Of a stretch of 64,000 nt of DNA, positions 1 through 14,000 are shown piece after piece. The position numbers and the translations under genes were made by a program. Each line of letters begins with the position of its first letter. Position 1 is the stretch's first letter. Origin of the DNA: Tubiluchus corallicola (Eukaryota; Animalia; Priapulida); contig JAQGDQ010000445.1 in NCBI GenBank assembly GCA_030141605.1, positions 62,001 to 126,000 on the forward strand. Direction: 5' to 3'. The notes beneath the pieces were generated by a model. It saw nothing but the letters and a program-made list of their open reading frames with translations, did no database searches and was not told the DNA's origin.

Positions 1-393
1 TAATTTACCCCCACCTCAATATTGAAAATCAAGCTATTGATTATCGTTGTCTTGTACACTAATCGTCCTATTTTTATAATTTCAATTCTTACAGCTTCAG
101 AACTACTCCATTTCATAAAGATCACATATTGTATTATAATTTTTATGTTCCACTTTCTTACTTCGCAGAAGATCATACTGATTGTATACTGCGCGTGCTA
201 GGCAAAATGTACACTCGAAACGGGGACGCATTTTCTTGTAAACCGCTTAATTAACATAATATATACGATCACTAATCGAGAATAGTGGCGTGAGGTCAGT
301 AAGATAAACCAGGTTGCCGTTGGTTTATGGTTAGTTGTGGTTTCGTGTGGTAAGGTTTATTTTCCATCTTGCCAAAGGCTAATAAGTAAGCCC

Positions 394-541
394 ATGGACC
401 CTCACAACGAGGAACTACGTTCTTCAATGCTAGAGGAAAAGTTTAATGGCACTCAAAGTGATACTTCGGCCGAAAAAGTGAGCAAGCGTTTTGGTCCACA
501 TCATGCTGGGGCTAAAGAGCTTAAAGAAAAGTACACGAAAG
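394..541 (+). CDS. PEDS1: PEDS1 coding exon 1
   Basis: ATG at 394; MDPHNEE...[19 protein letters not shown]; donor G|gtaggt, phase 1. Confidence 0.88.
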
Positions 542-3500
542 GTAGGTACGCGACCTTGCACTTAACTCTGTGTCAGTTAGAATAAAGACGGGTGTGAATG
601 GTTGCCAATAGGTTAACTATTTATTAATACAGCAACATATCTGATATAGTGGCTTCGTTGAAATAGCTGAGAAAACTTGTATTAGAGATTTGGGAGTAAT
701 GATTTCTCATGAATTTAAATGGAATTCAAATGTTAATCATATCATTGCAAAAGCAAAGCGTGGTATTGGCATGATTACCCGCTATTATTATATCAAGAAA
801 TACAGCTGCAATTATTTATCTCTATAAAGCTGTTGTTGGACCCATTCTGGAATATGCGTTAGTTGTATGGTCCCTCAGTATGCTACTCTCAAGCATGCTC
901 TTGAAAGAACTCAGGATAGATGTACTCGTCTTGATATTTACTTGGATCCCACTTCGATTTTTACCCTCGAGCAAAGGCGCGAGACTGTACACCTCGGAAA
1001 CTACTCAATCATTAGTGGAAACACTGTTCTGACAGAGACAGACTTTTTTCCAGGCGTCACAAAGTTCTTCATTGTCATGAGTCTAAGCTGTGTAACCAGC
1101 TGGAACCAACATCAGATCACACTTCTTTGGGCATCATGTAGTTCAGCCATGGAATCGTCCTTCATCATCAGCCATCAGTTCTTCACCAGCTGACAGTTTC
1201 AAAAGACATTTGAGAGAGGAGGACCATTTATACAGATAGTTATCATCTAGGTCCTTATTTCATCCAATAAGGTATATTTTTCTGGATGTAATATTTTATG
1301 AAAAGAGAACAGATAAATTGGCAAGGTGATATGATTGAGGAAGAGAAGATTAACTGGCTGTTATTTGGAGACGGTGTTGGTAGCACTAAAAACTTTCTGT
1401 GTGAGACAATGAAAAAGAGAATATGCTAAAAACGATGTACAACTACTGCATTACATGATTGATATTATAGCCGAATGATGGGAATCTACCATGAGGCAAA
1501 GGGGTCAGACGCATTGAACTTGAACTCTGACTTGAATCTTGATGAATGAACTGCTTCGATGTAATGAGGCTTCTTTTGCTTTATGATTGCTTAAATATTG
1601 CTGATTTTTACTGTTCACCTCATTAAAATAGAGGAGGTATTCACAACCAAACGTGGCTAAGACATCTCTGTTGGATTAGTCGCTGATTAAGATGCATAAT
1701 CTTGATGATGAGTGGAGAGATACTGGCCTTGTTGTGAGCATTAAGTAGGCATTGTCGTTGATGCTGGTTTCTTGCTTGCAATGTGCCAAACAGGCATTTC
1801 ACCTTTCCTGATTCTAAGTTTCTTATAATTTTCAGTTTGACGTGAGAATCTCGTTTTTAGGTAACCCATTCTGAATGAATGAAATTAAAATAATCCTGTA
1901 GATATCCAGAAAACCTAGTCTGGAAACTATAGGTAAACGTGGATCAGTTCACATAAGTGGTTCCGCAATCGGTATGTTCGTGTGACAACAGGAAAATATA
2001 TGGCAATGAGCCAATAAAGTTTGTCATTGCTGTCTACTACTGTCAGTGTCAGTAGAAATGCAGACTATATACCAAAAAGAGTGTATCTATAAATACTGTT
2101 AAATGTTTATGATTATACAAGTCAAATTTTCACTATAACTCTCCTATTTTTTCGAATTATCATTAAACTTTCAGCACTCTGTAATACTTTACAGTGTCCC
2201 TAAGGCACCTCGGTTTACCGGACAAGAACGGGGAGATGTCGGTCCGAATTTGCTGATTTTCCGCATTTACCGATAGTAAGCTGATACAGTAGACGCCGTG
2301 TATTATACTCGTGGTAATGTGGAATTAATCGCTTAATTATCTCAAAAATGTCTGGTATGGACCACTGGATGTACCATTTTATGCAAAAGTATATAAAAAC
2401 TGTCGGCAATCGACTCAAATCACCCCACATAATTGACTCTAAATTTTTTCTACACATGATTTATTTACACTGATGTAATGATGAAAACAAAGTGATGGCC
2501 TACCAACTAGCGGTCAGCTCACGAAATGATGGACGGTGTCTATAGTATTCGGGACGTTTAACGATCCAGACTTTGTCCGTTTCTTCCGATATCCGTAAAA
2601 GCGACATCCGGCAAGCCGAGATATGAGTGTATGTGCATTCTCTTACAAAAATTGATGTGATGTACACTAGAGGGCACTGTTGGAGGATGCTCTCAAAATT
2701 AACGGAATTACTACTGGGGAAAAATGTCTGTTTGTCTTCTGCACGCAGTTGTCTACCGCACCAATGGGAAGTGAGTTCATTAACTAATTAATTATCCTGA
2801 ATTCATAGCATGCGTTCTCCCTGCGGCTTCAACAAATGTTTGCATTTTGAATTATGCAGTGAAAGCAAGTCACACAGAGCCACTCTGTTTGAGTGCTGAA
2901 TATGAAGCTGAGTCAGTGAGTACTAACATTGTCTAGTGGGCAGATCATACCTAGAGTGTTTTTAATACTTCGTAAAATTCCTACCCCCCCCCCCCCCCTA
3001 ACAACTACAGATTATTTTTAAATGTTTTTCTTTAGTTGTGGGAACTTTTGAAATTTTCTGATTTCATTACAATCTTGTTCTTGTAATTCGGTATCACGAT
3101 TAATCTTTTGCGGTCATTTTTTAGTGTTTTAGTCACATTTCTCAAACATTGCAACGCCGAAACATAGCCAATAAATTTCTTCAAGGCTTTTGTCTGCCAT
3201 TTTCGTACTTGCAAACCTTTTTTTTAGACATGTGCATTCATTAACTACTCTATTGCTATGTCAACTATATATATATATACATCGGATAGGTATAATATAC
3301 TCGGCCCAGGCACTTTCACGTATCTTACACAACAACACAGTAGGCTATTGATTTATTTCTTGGTCATTGTTGGCATCATTTACTCTGGAAGATCTTAATA
3401 TTTTATGGTCGACTTGTACACGGCCCCGGCACTGGTAAGATATAAAATGATGCAATTTTTGGTCTTGAAATGCACATCGACTTGTACATAAGGTTGACTT

Positions 3501-4974
3501 GTACACAGATACATACGGTATATTAACTTGTTTCGTAACTACAATTGCACATGTCTATATACATGTGCACAACACTTTTCTATGCCTAATAATTGTAGTG
3601 TATCTAATAGTTAATGTCTAACGCTAAGCCTCTTTGTGATATTTTAAACTGACTGTATTTGAGAGAGTGCTGCCATCTAGACTGACATTAGATAATTAAT
3701 TAGCTTAAAACGTTCCCGGGTCCCTTACTGCTTGTTACGGCATCCCTTTGATGATGGTATTCTTTAAATAGTGGAACATCCAAAAAGGTGTGATTTTGCA
3801 TATTGTTTTGGTCGCAAAGTCGTGCTGGTGCCTTGCCGAATTAGGGGGGTATGCTGCAGCATGTATAGACGAACACACAGACACACAGATCTTCATCTTT
3901 ACTTATATAAATAGACGCGTGTCATTATTTATTTATTTGTACAGTTGCTTAATTCTCTGTGTGGTTATCTGTTACTATATTGGAACAAATTACGTGTTAC
4001 AATATAATGTAACAAATGTTGTATTTTGTTTTGTAATTGATGTTGAAATTGTGAAATTGTGGTGCAAATAAATTCAAATACATTGATTTTTCCATCGAAA
4101 GAGCGAGACGGAGGGGTTGGACATCGTCCGGTCTTGTTTTAGTGTCTGTACTGCACTTGGTTGATTTCTTGATGGTCAGTACTTCCGCTTGGTGTGAATC
4201 AAAACGTCATGTGGTTCAAAATGTGTCGAACTTCGAGTTTTCTCCCGATCCAGTTTAAGTTTGATATTTTGAATTTGCTTCACTGACTGTCTAGTGAGTA
4301 TATGACGCTTTGATTTAAAACAAGCTATTGTAATTTTCAATATTTTAGAGCATTCTTTTTTCTGATCTAATGTTTACACAATCATCCGGTTTTCCTTTAA
4401 GCTTCAATAGTAAAAAACCCAACGTGCTAAGTGACTCGTCCTTTTAATGTATGTAATTCTCTGTTGTTTATAATACTCTTAGCTTGTGAGTTTAAATTGG
4501 GGCAGTCGTTCGAATATTGTTTGATTAACCTTGCCTATGCAAATATTAGTCGATTGCTTAGATATTAGATATGCAAAAATCATCTGTGTCGAAAACCGAC
4601 AATTTGTAAAACACATCGCCGTATTACATGTACTTATTTAAAGTAACTCAGTTTAGTTCATTTATGTATTTACAATATTTTCTTATGATTGTGTATGCTT
4701 GTTTGATTTTTTTACATATTATAAACTGATAATTATAACTGCATGATGGAATCTTTCTATATTTTTTGTTTTATATATGAATATATATATGTACAGGGTG
4801 TTTATAAAGTCTCTTTACAGTTTTAAAAATTTATTATATATATACATATATACATACCATACATACATGTATACATACATATATACATACATATATATAT
4901 ACATACATATATACGTACATATATATATATACATACATATACATACATATATATACATACCATACATACATGTT

Positions 4975-5007
<33 letters not shown>

Positions 5008-8000
5008 ATATATTTATACATATACATATACATACATACATATGTATCTACTTCAGTTTATAAACTGTTAATATGTATTTACAGCATTGCATAATAATAC
5101 TCAGCTTGGGGTGGCTGATTCGATAACTAATGTTTTTCGCCACCCGTTCCCATTTGCTTACTTTTTTAAAATCTATACCTATTTTTCTATATATTGTTAT
5201 TGGGATGAAAAATAAATGATTTGATTTGATTCACTCGCATCATAAACGGTGAATTTTCTGCACAATTGCTGTCCGTTTACTATCTGTTTAACCACACAGT
5301 AATTTTGGAATCATTCTCACTTTCCTGTCAGCAATTGACTTGAACACCGCACATATGATGGTGTTACATATGGCAAGAAAAGTTGTTCCTCTTATGGAGC
5401 CACATTGTTGAATGAATTACCAAACTGCCTCCGAATGACCGAAAATCTTGGGGAATTTAAACGTCTAATTAGCTCATGGACTGGTGCATCATGTAAATGT
5501 GGAATTTGTAAATTCAGCGAACTTCCCAATTTTATTAAGTCGTAATTAAATGCTGAAATGTTGGCAGAAAATTTTTTTATTGACCTAGATAGCTTTTTGT
5601 GTAAATTTTAGAAAATGTTACTGCCTAAAATTTTTACTGTCTCAAATTTTTACTGTCTTCATGTAGTTTTAATTTTTCTTGTACCAATACCTCTGGTAGC
5701 ATCCAAAAGATTTAAGAAGTACATATTATTACCATGTTATCGCTCATATACATTATGTTTAATATCGGTTTACGAGCTTTAAGCTCATGTTTCTACAAAC
5801 ATATACTGTTTATATCATACCGATGAAAATAAATATTATCTTATCTTATCTAATTGATTTGTTTTATCAAAGTTTTCTTCATTCAGGGAAAAGAATGCAA
5901 GAATGGATCTGTGTTATACTCTGCCTGGCTCTCATAGGCTACAATGGCATTCACCTTGCTGTATATTTCGATCCGAGCAATTGGCTGAGCATCTTGATTT
6001 GCGCAGGTTAGTGGCTGACCACATAATTTTCACCTCGTCTGATGGCATTTATTATTTAATTGCACTAATATTGAATTGAACATTATTTTATTCTAAACAA
6101 CACACTAGAAGTGAAAATCCTCTTCCCAAATACTTTCAGAACTCGCAAATATTCGTGTTGCTTAATCTCATGCGTGTCTCCGTGTTCATGTGTCATTCCT
6201 GTTACTTTGGAGGAAAAGCTGAGACATGTACCACTGAATTCACTCTATTGTTTTAAATATTTGTTAGCAGAGACCATCACCTATTGTGATTTGGCAAACT
6301 TTTTAATGGTGGATTCTCCAATGTTTTTTTAAGTTTCCTGACAAAAGTTTTGGTTCATTGTGACTCGATATGTTAATTCATAATCATTACTGTTACATAT
6401 CCTGTTGTTAAAAAACAGAACGTAAAATGCTTATAATCATGTCTGGATAATTTTAGTAATTTACTGTGTTGAATCTAATTATTTGGAAAGGGTGAAGTAG
6501 CATAGTTAGTCCGTGTGAGCAGGTTTTCTGCTTGACAGTCATTCCTGTTACTGTCACTCCTGTTATAATCGTTCAAATTACAGCAGTGACAACAAATTAC
6601 CGTATTTTCCCGTGTATAAGAGACCCTTTTTTGCTCAGAATTTTCACTTTAAAAATAGGGGGTCTCTTATACATGGGAGTAAGTCTTTTCAATAAGATGC
6701 ATAAATTGTGACACTAATGATTTTAAAGAAATAAGTGCTCTACAACTGTTTTGCGTGTCGCGTTCGACTATGAAGCGGTTGTAAGCAATACAAGCATCGT
6801 GACACAGACATTATCTCCTCGTTTTCTCTTTTCCTGTTACAGGTTTGCAGGTACGCACTTTAATATATACCAGTACTCTTTTTCTACAACACATTAACTG
6901 GTTTTATTTTGTTTTCAGTACCGCACTGAGTTGAAAAAAGTTGTACTCTACCCTCTAAAAATGTCCGTCTGAAAAAACTTTTTTCCAGAATTTTTGCCTA
7001 AAAATTGAAGGGGTCTCTTATACACAAGGGTCTCTTATACACGGGAAAATACGGTAACAGCAATGACACGTAAGAAGATATTCTGATATTTCAGGGTAGT
7101 ACCGTGTAGTAGCAGAGAGACTATCTGGCTTATAGAAAGGACATTAGCACAACATGAAGTTTCTGCTTTTGACAGTTTAAACAATGGCATGGGTAGATTA
7201 GCCAATAGATGTACCTGTAGCCAAAAGCATTTATAATATTTTCTTATGGTGTTTTATTTGCAGCTGCAATAATGTACGTGCAGTTTGAGTTTCAACAAGA
7301 TTACTGTTCCTGTGATTTTTCTTAAAACAGCAGGTTGTTCCTGTTCTGGTTTATTTCATAAACAATCCATTATAAAATTATTTTTAGTAAATTTACATTA
7401 GAGAAATCCAACGTTTCCAGCTAGGAACATAACTAAAGAAGCACATTGGGGAATCTGCCTTAATTGTAAAAACTTAGCTTTAAATCAAAGTCACATTTTT
7501 GCTCCATAGAATATTTTGTTGTCTATATATATATATATTGCTTCTTTAATCAATCATTAATGATAGATAGCATTTTCTGGTTTTTTTCTCTATGATTATT
7601 GTTTTCATAGATACCCTTAGTTTTGCTACAATGCTTTTGTTTCGTTTCGTTCCGAATTTAATGCTTCGTAATATATTCCTGACAAAGACTGCTAGAGCAC
7701 AGCAGAAACGATGGATTTTCCGATTAAAGTTTATTATATAGTGAGTTTTTTATGAAATGGATATTATTCTTTTATAAAAAATTTGAAATCTGTATTTTTC
7801 TGTTTTTGTCAAACAGCTAAGAAGATTTTATAAAACATTTGTTGTTGCTTATATACTGTGTATATGAGTCATTCCTATTGCACTGTTACCTCACTTGTCA
7901 TTGCTGTTACCTTGTCATTCCTGTTATTGCCCAAAATTTCTCTATAGTTCTGAAACAGAATCTTCTTCTTCTCAGCAGTGAAGTGTCACATCTAATTCAT

Positions 8001-11000
8001 TTTTATTACCATTACATTCCTACAATGTGATATGTTTTCATCCTTCCTCGTAAATGGATGAGCCACGTCCATTTAAGATGCATGTCAGATGCAAACACTG
8101 CCCAACAAACGTGAAAACCAGTTCAACGTATAAAAAGGTTGCGTTTGTACAAAAATATGACCAGATTTTTATAGCAAGGGGCAAAAATATATTTTATAAG
8201 ATCATTGGTTTATGACACTGCTTGATGTTTATAGGTTGTATTGCACACCTCATGTCTGTAACAGTAATGACGAAAGTAATTATTCAGATAATTTTAAAAT
8301 GGTTACAGTAAATTTTTACAAGTGTTTTAAGCTCTGACAGTATCCTTTTTGTATACAAGGGAACCTTATTAATAACAGGGCAGAGTAATTTTAAGAACAT
8401 CTTCCCAGACATTTAGCAGATTTTTTCACATCTGTTTTGCACGGTCTGTAGAGAATGACCCACATACATTTGCTGTCAAAAAGTATCAAAAATGGCTTGA
8501 ACCACTGCCTCTTAAACCAATTTAGTCCTTCACTAAAATCCACTATACTCATACTATTGTTTTTTATGTATAACCGACATATCAGCCTTTTCAATTTTTT
8601 TTTAGATAGATCCGATTCATTGTCATTTTTATATGTTTTATTAGGTGCTTCTTTCTTAAAGCACAAGAAAACCCTCCACTTACATAAAGCTTAAAAATGT
8701 GTCTTGAAATTTTGTGCTGCCTTTTTGCATGCATGGCTTGCATCGGCCATGTAATGCTGTCTAAAACTTCCACGATGACCGTTAAGCTCAAACATTTTGA
8801 TGATAAGTCATTTGAAACAGCTTTAGATGAACTGATAGGTTTGAAAAAAAAACAATTACATCATTCGTAGTGCACGTTTCACTAACTGAGTAAAATTTCA
8901 AATTACTGTATCTTGTCAGTAAGATTAAAAATACGTCTTTCGGTTAGTGAATGGCACACCCTGGAGGTGAGTCAATGACATTTTACCAATTGGCACTAAC
9001 ATTTTAAATTATTATTTCCAGTTACATAAGTCTTTCCAGCAGGTAAGCAGGACATAATGTAACATTTCCTTTTCTTCTCCCGATAAAATACGTTTACGTA
9101 GTGACGTCATGTAATGGCGCCATCGGAACAGTATTGCGGGAAAAATGAAAACAAACAAAAATTCTTTTCAACGTGAATATTATATGTGCATAAGGTTGCT
9201 GTAAAGTAGTATAATTGTGCAAGGCAATTTTTTTGAAAACTACTTCAGGTACCACTTTTCTTGTCTTTTAAAGCACAAGAAAACCCTCCACTTACATTAA
9301 ACTTAAAAAATTCGTCTCGAAATTTTATACCACTTACGTACTACCTTTTCGTATGCATGGCTTGCATTTTAATGATAGGTCGTTTGAAACAAGTTTTGAT
9401 AACATTAAGTAAAGTTTGAAAAAATAAGCAGAGCATTCGTAGCATACATATTGCTCATTAAGTAAAATTTTAAATTACTGTATCTTGTCAATAAGATTAA
9501 AAATACGTTTTTGGCTAATGAGTGGCGCACCCTGGAAGGTGAGTCAGAGACATTTTACCAATTGGCACAAACATCGTAAATTATTAGTTTAGTTACATAA
9601 GTCTTTACAGCAGGTAAATGAAATGCTAAGTAATATAGATTTGCACGGAAAGTTTTTTGGGTCATAATTTAACATTGCCTTTTCTTCCCCTGATTTACGT
9701 GGCGTAGTGACAGTCGGCATGGCACCGTCGGAACAGTATAGAGATTTAAAATGAAAACAAACGAAAATTCCTTTCAACGCGAATGCGATATGTGCATAAA
9801 ATTGCAGTAAAGTAGTATAATTTTTTAAGGCGCTTTTTCTGAAACCACTTCAGGTGCCCCTTTTCTTGTCTTTTAATGTTATTTTATGGTTTAATTAATT
9901 CATCAAGCTTGTTTATAAACCTTGCAGTCATGTAAATCGCCGCTGGTTCTTGATTTTGTGATTTCTTATATATTTTGTGATTTCTTATATAATTTGTTTG
10001 CAGTATTGGGAATCTTGCTCGCTGATTTTCTCAGTGGATTAGTACATTGGGGAGCTGACACTTGGGGTGCTGTAGACATGCCCATGTTTGGACCGGTAAG
10101 GGTGAATAGTTTTATTTTATAGTAGACTAGAAATACAGTGTTCCCTCACTTATCGCGGGTGTTCCGGAACATGCAATAAGTGAATTTCCGCAAAGTAGGG
10201 ACGACATACTTATTTTAGTAATGATACAGTAATAGCTAATCAGCGACTGGGATACAGAGCAGCATTCTCTGGTTGGTCGCTTTCCATCAATCAACCAATC
10301 GTGTGTTGTGTACAATCTCACGTTGGCAAGTAGCATCTCAAGCGGACGCAAGTACTACATTTCGTTTTTGGTCTGTATTCATCCGCCGAATAAATACACT
10401 ATTTACTGTAAACGGTAATTTTTTATGATTTATAATATTCTTTTAACGTTGGAATTAATATTTTTAATATATTTTTTTACATTTCATGATCGTTATGCGA
10501 AATTCATCAAATCTATACATTACTGTACAATACGTACTACGCATGTGCAAAAATACTTTAGACGGAGCACCGCAAAAACCCGCGAAACAGTGAAAATACC
10601 GCGATAAATATTTTACATTAATATTTTTGAAACAGCGAGTCCACGATAAATGAACCGCTAAGTAGCGAGGGAACACTGTATTGCCCTTTTTTTATTTTTT
10701 TGTTACATTTTTATTGATTTTGCGGACAAATCTTAACTTCCAGAATCACAGTTTCAGTAACGATTTTTACAACATGTAGTTGTGTTTGCTGTTTAATTTT
10801 TATTTTTACATATTTGAATGAATTCACAGAGTAACTGTTCATAAGAATCTTGAAAAGTGGAGCTAGAAAGAGTAAATGTTCATCAGTGCTTTGAAAAGTG
10901 TAGCTAGTAAGAGTAAATGTTTATTAGAGCCTTGAAAAGTGGAGCTAATAAGAGTAAATGTTCATTAGAGCCTTGAAAAGTGGAGCTAATAAGAGTAAAT

Positions 11001-14000
11001 GTTCACTAGAGTCTTGAAAAGTGGAGCTAGTAAGAGTAAATGTTCATTAGAGCTTTGAAAAGTGAAGCTAGTAACAGCAGATGTTCATTAGTGTCTTGAA
11101 AAGTGAAGCTAGAAAGAGTAAATGTTCATCAGTGCTTTGAAAAGTGGAGCTAATAAGAGTAAATGTTCATTAGAGCCTTGAAAAGTGGAGCTAATAAGAG
11201 TAAATGTTCATTAGAGCCTTGAAAAGTGTAGCTAGTAAGAGTAAATGTTTATTAGAGCCTTGAAAAGTGGAGCTAGTAAGAGTAAATGTTTATTAGAGCC
11301 TTGAAAAGTGGAGCTAATAAGAGTAAATGTTCATTAGAGCCTTGAAAAGTGGAGCTAATAAGAGTAAATGTTCATTAGAGCCTTGAAAAGTGGAGCTAGT
11401 AAGAGTAAATGTTCATTAGTGTCTTGAAAAGTTTAGGTAGTTAGAGTAAATGTTCATTAGTGTCTTGAAAAGTTTAGGTAGTAAGAGTAAATGTTCATTA
11501 GAGCCTTGAAAAGTGGAGCTAATAAGAGTAAATGTTCATTAGAGCCTTGAAAAGTGGAGCTAATAAGAGTAAATGTTTATTAGAGTACTGAAAAGTGGAG
11601 CTAGTAAGAGTAAATGTTCATTAGTGTCTTGAAAAGTTTAGGTAGTTAGAGTAAATGTTCATTAGAGCTTTGAAAAGTGGAACTAATAAGAGTAAATGTT
11701 CATTAGAGTACTGAAAAGTGGAGCTAGTTAGAGTAAATGTTCATTAGAGTACTGAAAAGTGGAGCTAGTGAGAGTACATGTTCATTAGTGTCTTGAAAAG
11801 TTTAGGTAGTTAGAGTAAATGTTCATTAGAGCCTTGAAAAGTGGAGCTAATAAGAGTAAATGTTCATTAGAGCCTTGAAAAGTGTAGCTAATAAGAGTAA
11901 ATGTTTATTAGAGCCTTGAAAAGTGTAGCTAGTAAGAGTAAATGTTCATTAGAGTACTGAAAAGTGGAGCTAGTAAGAGTAAATGTTCATTAGAGTACTG
12001 AAAAGTGGAGCTAGTAAGAGTAAATGTTCATTAGAGCCTTGAAAAGTGGAGCTAGTAAGAGTAAATGTTCATTAGAGCCTTGAAAAGTGGAGCTAATAAG
12101 AGTAAATGTTTATTAGAGCCTTGAAAAGTGTAGCTAGTAAGAGTAAATGTTCATTAGAGTATTGAAAAGTGGAGCTAGTAAGAGTAAATGTTCATTAGAG
12201 TACTGAAAAGTGGAGCTAATAAGAGTAAATGTTTATTAGAGTACTGAAAAGTGGAGCTAGTAAGAGTAAATGTTCATTAGAGTATTGAAAGTGGAGCTAG
12301 TGAAGTACATGTTCATTAGTGTCTTGAAAAGTTTAGGTAGTTAGAGTAAATGTTCATTAGAGCTTTGAAAAGTGGAACTAATAAGAGTAAATGTTCATTA
12401 GAGTACTGAAAAGTGGAGCTAGTAAGAGTAAATGTTGATTAGAGTACTGAAAAGTGGAGCTAGTAAGAGTAAATGTTCATTAGAGTACTGAAAAGTGGAG
12501 CTAGTAAGAGTAAATGTTCATTAGAGTACTGAAAAGTGGAGCTAGTAAGAGTAAATGTTCATTAGAGTACTGAAAAGTGGAGCTAGTGAGAGTACATGTT
12601 CATTAGAGTACTGAAAAGTGGAGCTAGTGAGAGTACATGTTCATTAGAGTACTGAAAAGTGGAGCTAGTAAGAGTAAATGTTCATTAGAGTACTGAAAAG
12701 TGGAGCTAGTAAGAGTAAATGTTCATTAGAGTACTGAAAGTGGAGCTAGTAAATGAAATGTTGATTAGAGTCTTGAAAAGTGGACTAATAGGTAAATGTT
12801 GATTAGAGTACTGAAAAGTGGAGCTAGTAAGAGTAAATGTTGATTAGAGTACTGAAAAGTGGAGCTAGTAAGAGTAAATGTTGATTAGAGTACTGAAAAG
12901 TGGAGCTAGTAAGAGTAAATGTTCATTAGAGTACTGAAAAGTGGAGCTAGTAAGAGTAAATGTTCATTAGAGTACTGAAAAGTGGAACTAGTAAGAGTAA
13001 ATGTTCATTAGAGTACTGAAAAGTGGAACTAATAAGAGTAAATGTTGATTAGAGTACTGAAAAGTGGAGCTAGTAAGAGTAAATGTTCATTAGAGTATTG
13101 AAAAGTGGAGCTAGTAAGAGTAAATGTTCATTAGAGTACTGAAAAGTGGAGCTAGTAAGAGTAAATGTTCATTAGAGACTGAAAAGTGGAGCTAGTAAGA
13201 GTAAATGTTGATTAGAGTACTGAAAAGTGGAACTAGTAAGAGTAAATGTTGATTAGAGTACTGAAAAGTGGAGCTAGTAAGAGTAAATGTTGATTAGAGT
13301 ACTGAAAAGTGGAGCTAGTAAGAGTAAATGTTCATTAGAGTCCTTGAAAAGTGGAGCTAATAAGAGTAAATGTTCATTAGAGTACTGAAAAGTGGAACTA
13401 ATAAGAGTAAATGTTCATTAGAGTACTGAAAAGTGGAGCTAGTAAGAGTAAATGTTCATTAGAGTACTGAAAAGTGGAGCTAGTAAGAGTAAATGTTGAT
13501 TAGAGTACTGAAAAGTGGAGCTAGTAAGAGTAAATGTTCATTAGAGTACTGAAAAGTGGAGCTAATAAGAGTAAATGTTCATTAGAGTACTGAAAAGTGG
13601 AGCTAGTAAGAGTAAATGTTCATTAGAGTACTGAAAAGTGGAGCTAGTAAGAGTAAATGTTCATTAGAGTCCTTGAAAAGTGGAGCTAATAAGAGTAAAT
13701 GTTCATTAGAGTACTGAAAAGTGGAACTAATAAGAGTAAATGTTCATTAGAGTACTGAAAAGTGGAGCTAGTAAGAGTAAATGTTCATTAGAGTACTGAA
13801 AAGTGGAACTAATAAGAGTAAATGTTCATTAGAGTACTGAAAAGTGGAGCTAGTAAGAGTAAATGTTCATTAGAGTACTGAAAAGTGGAACTAATAAGAG
13901 TAAATGTTCATTAGAGTACTGAAAAGTGGAGCTAGTAAGAGTAAATGTTCATTAGAGTACTGAAAAGTGGAACTAATAAGAGTAAATGTTCATTGGAGTA

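Noticed and set aside
337-393. GTG-initiated N-terminal extension of PEDS1 from the ORF track
   Set aside because: Prokaryotic-style start call; ATG 394 has a reasonable context (cccATGG) and gives a normal-length protein
1440-1990. Minus-strand Penelope RT remnant
   Set aside because: Only a weak NG(Y/L)P-like trace among many stops; not enough to call without a search
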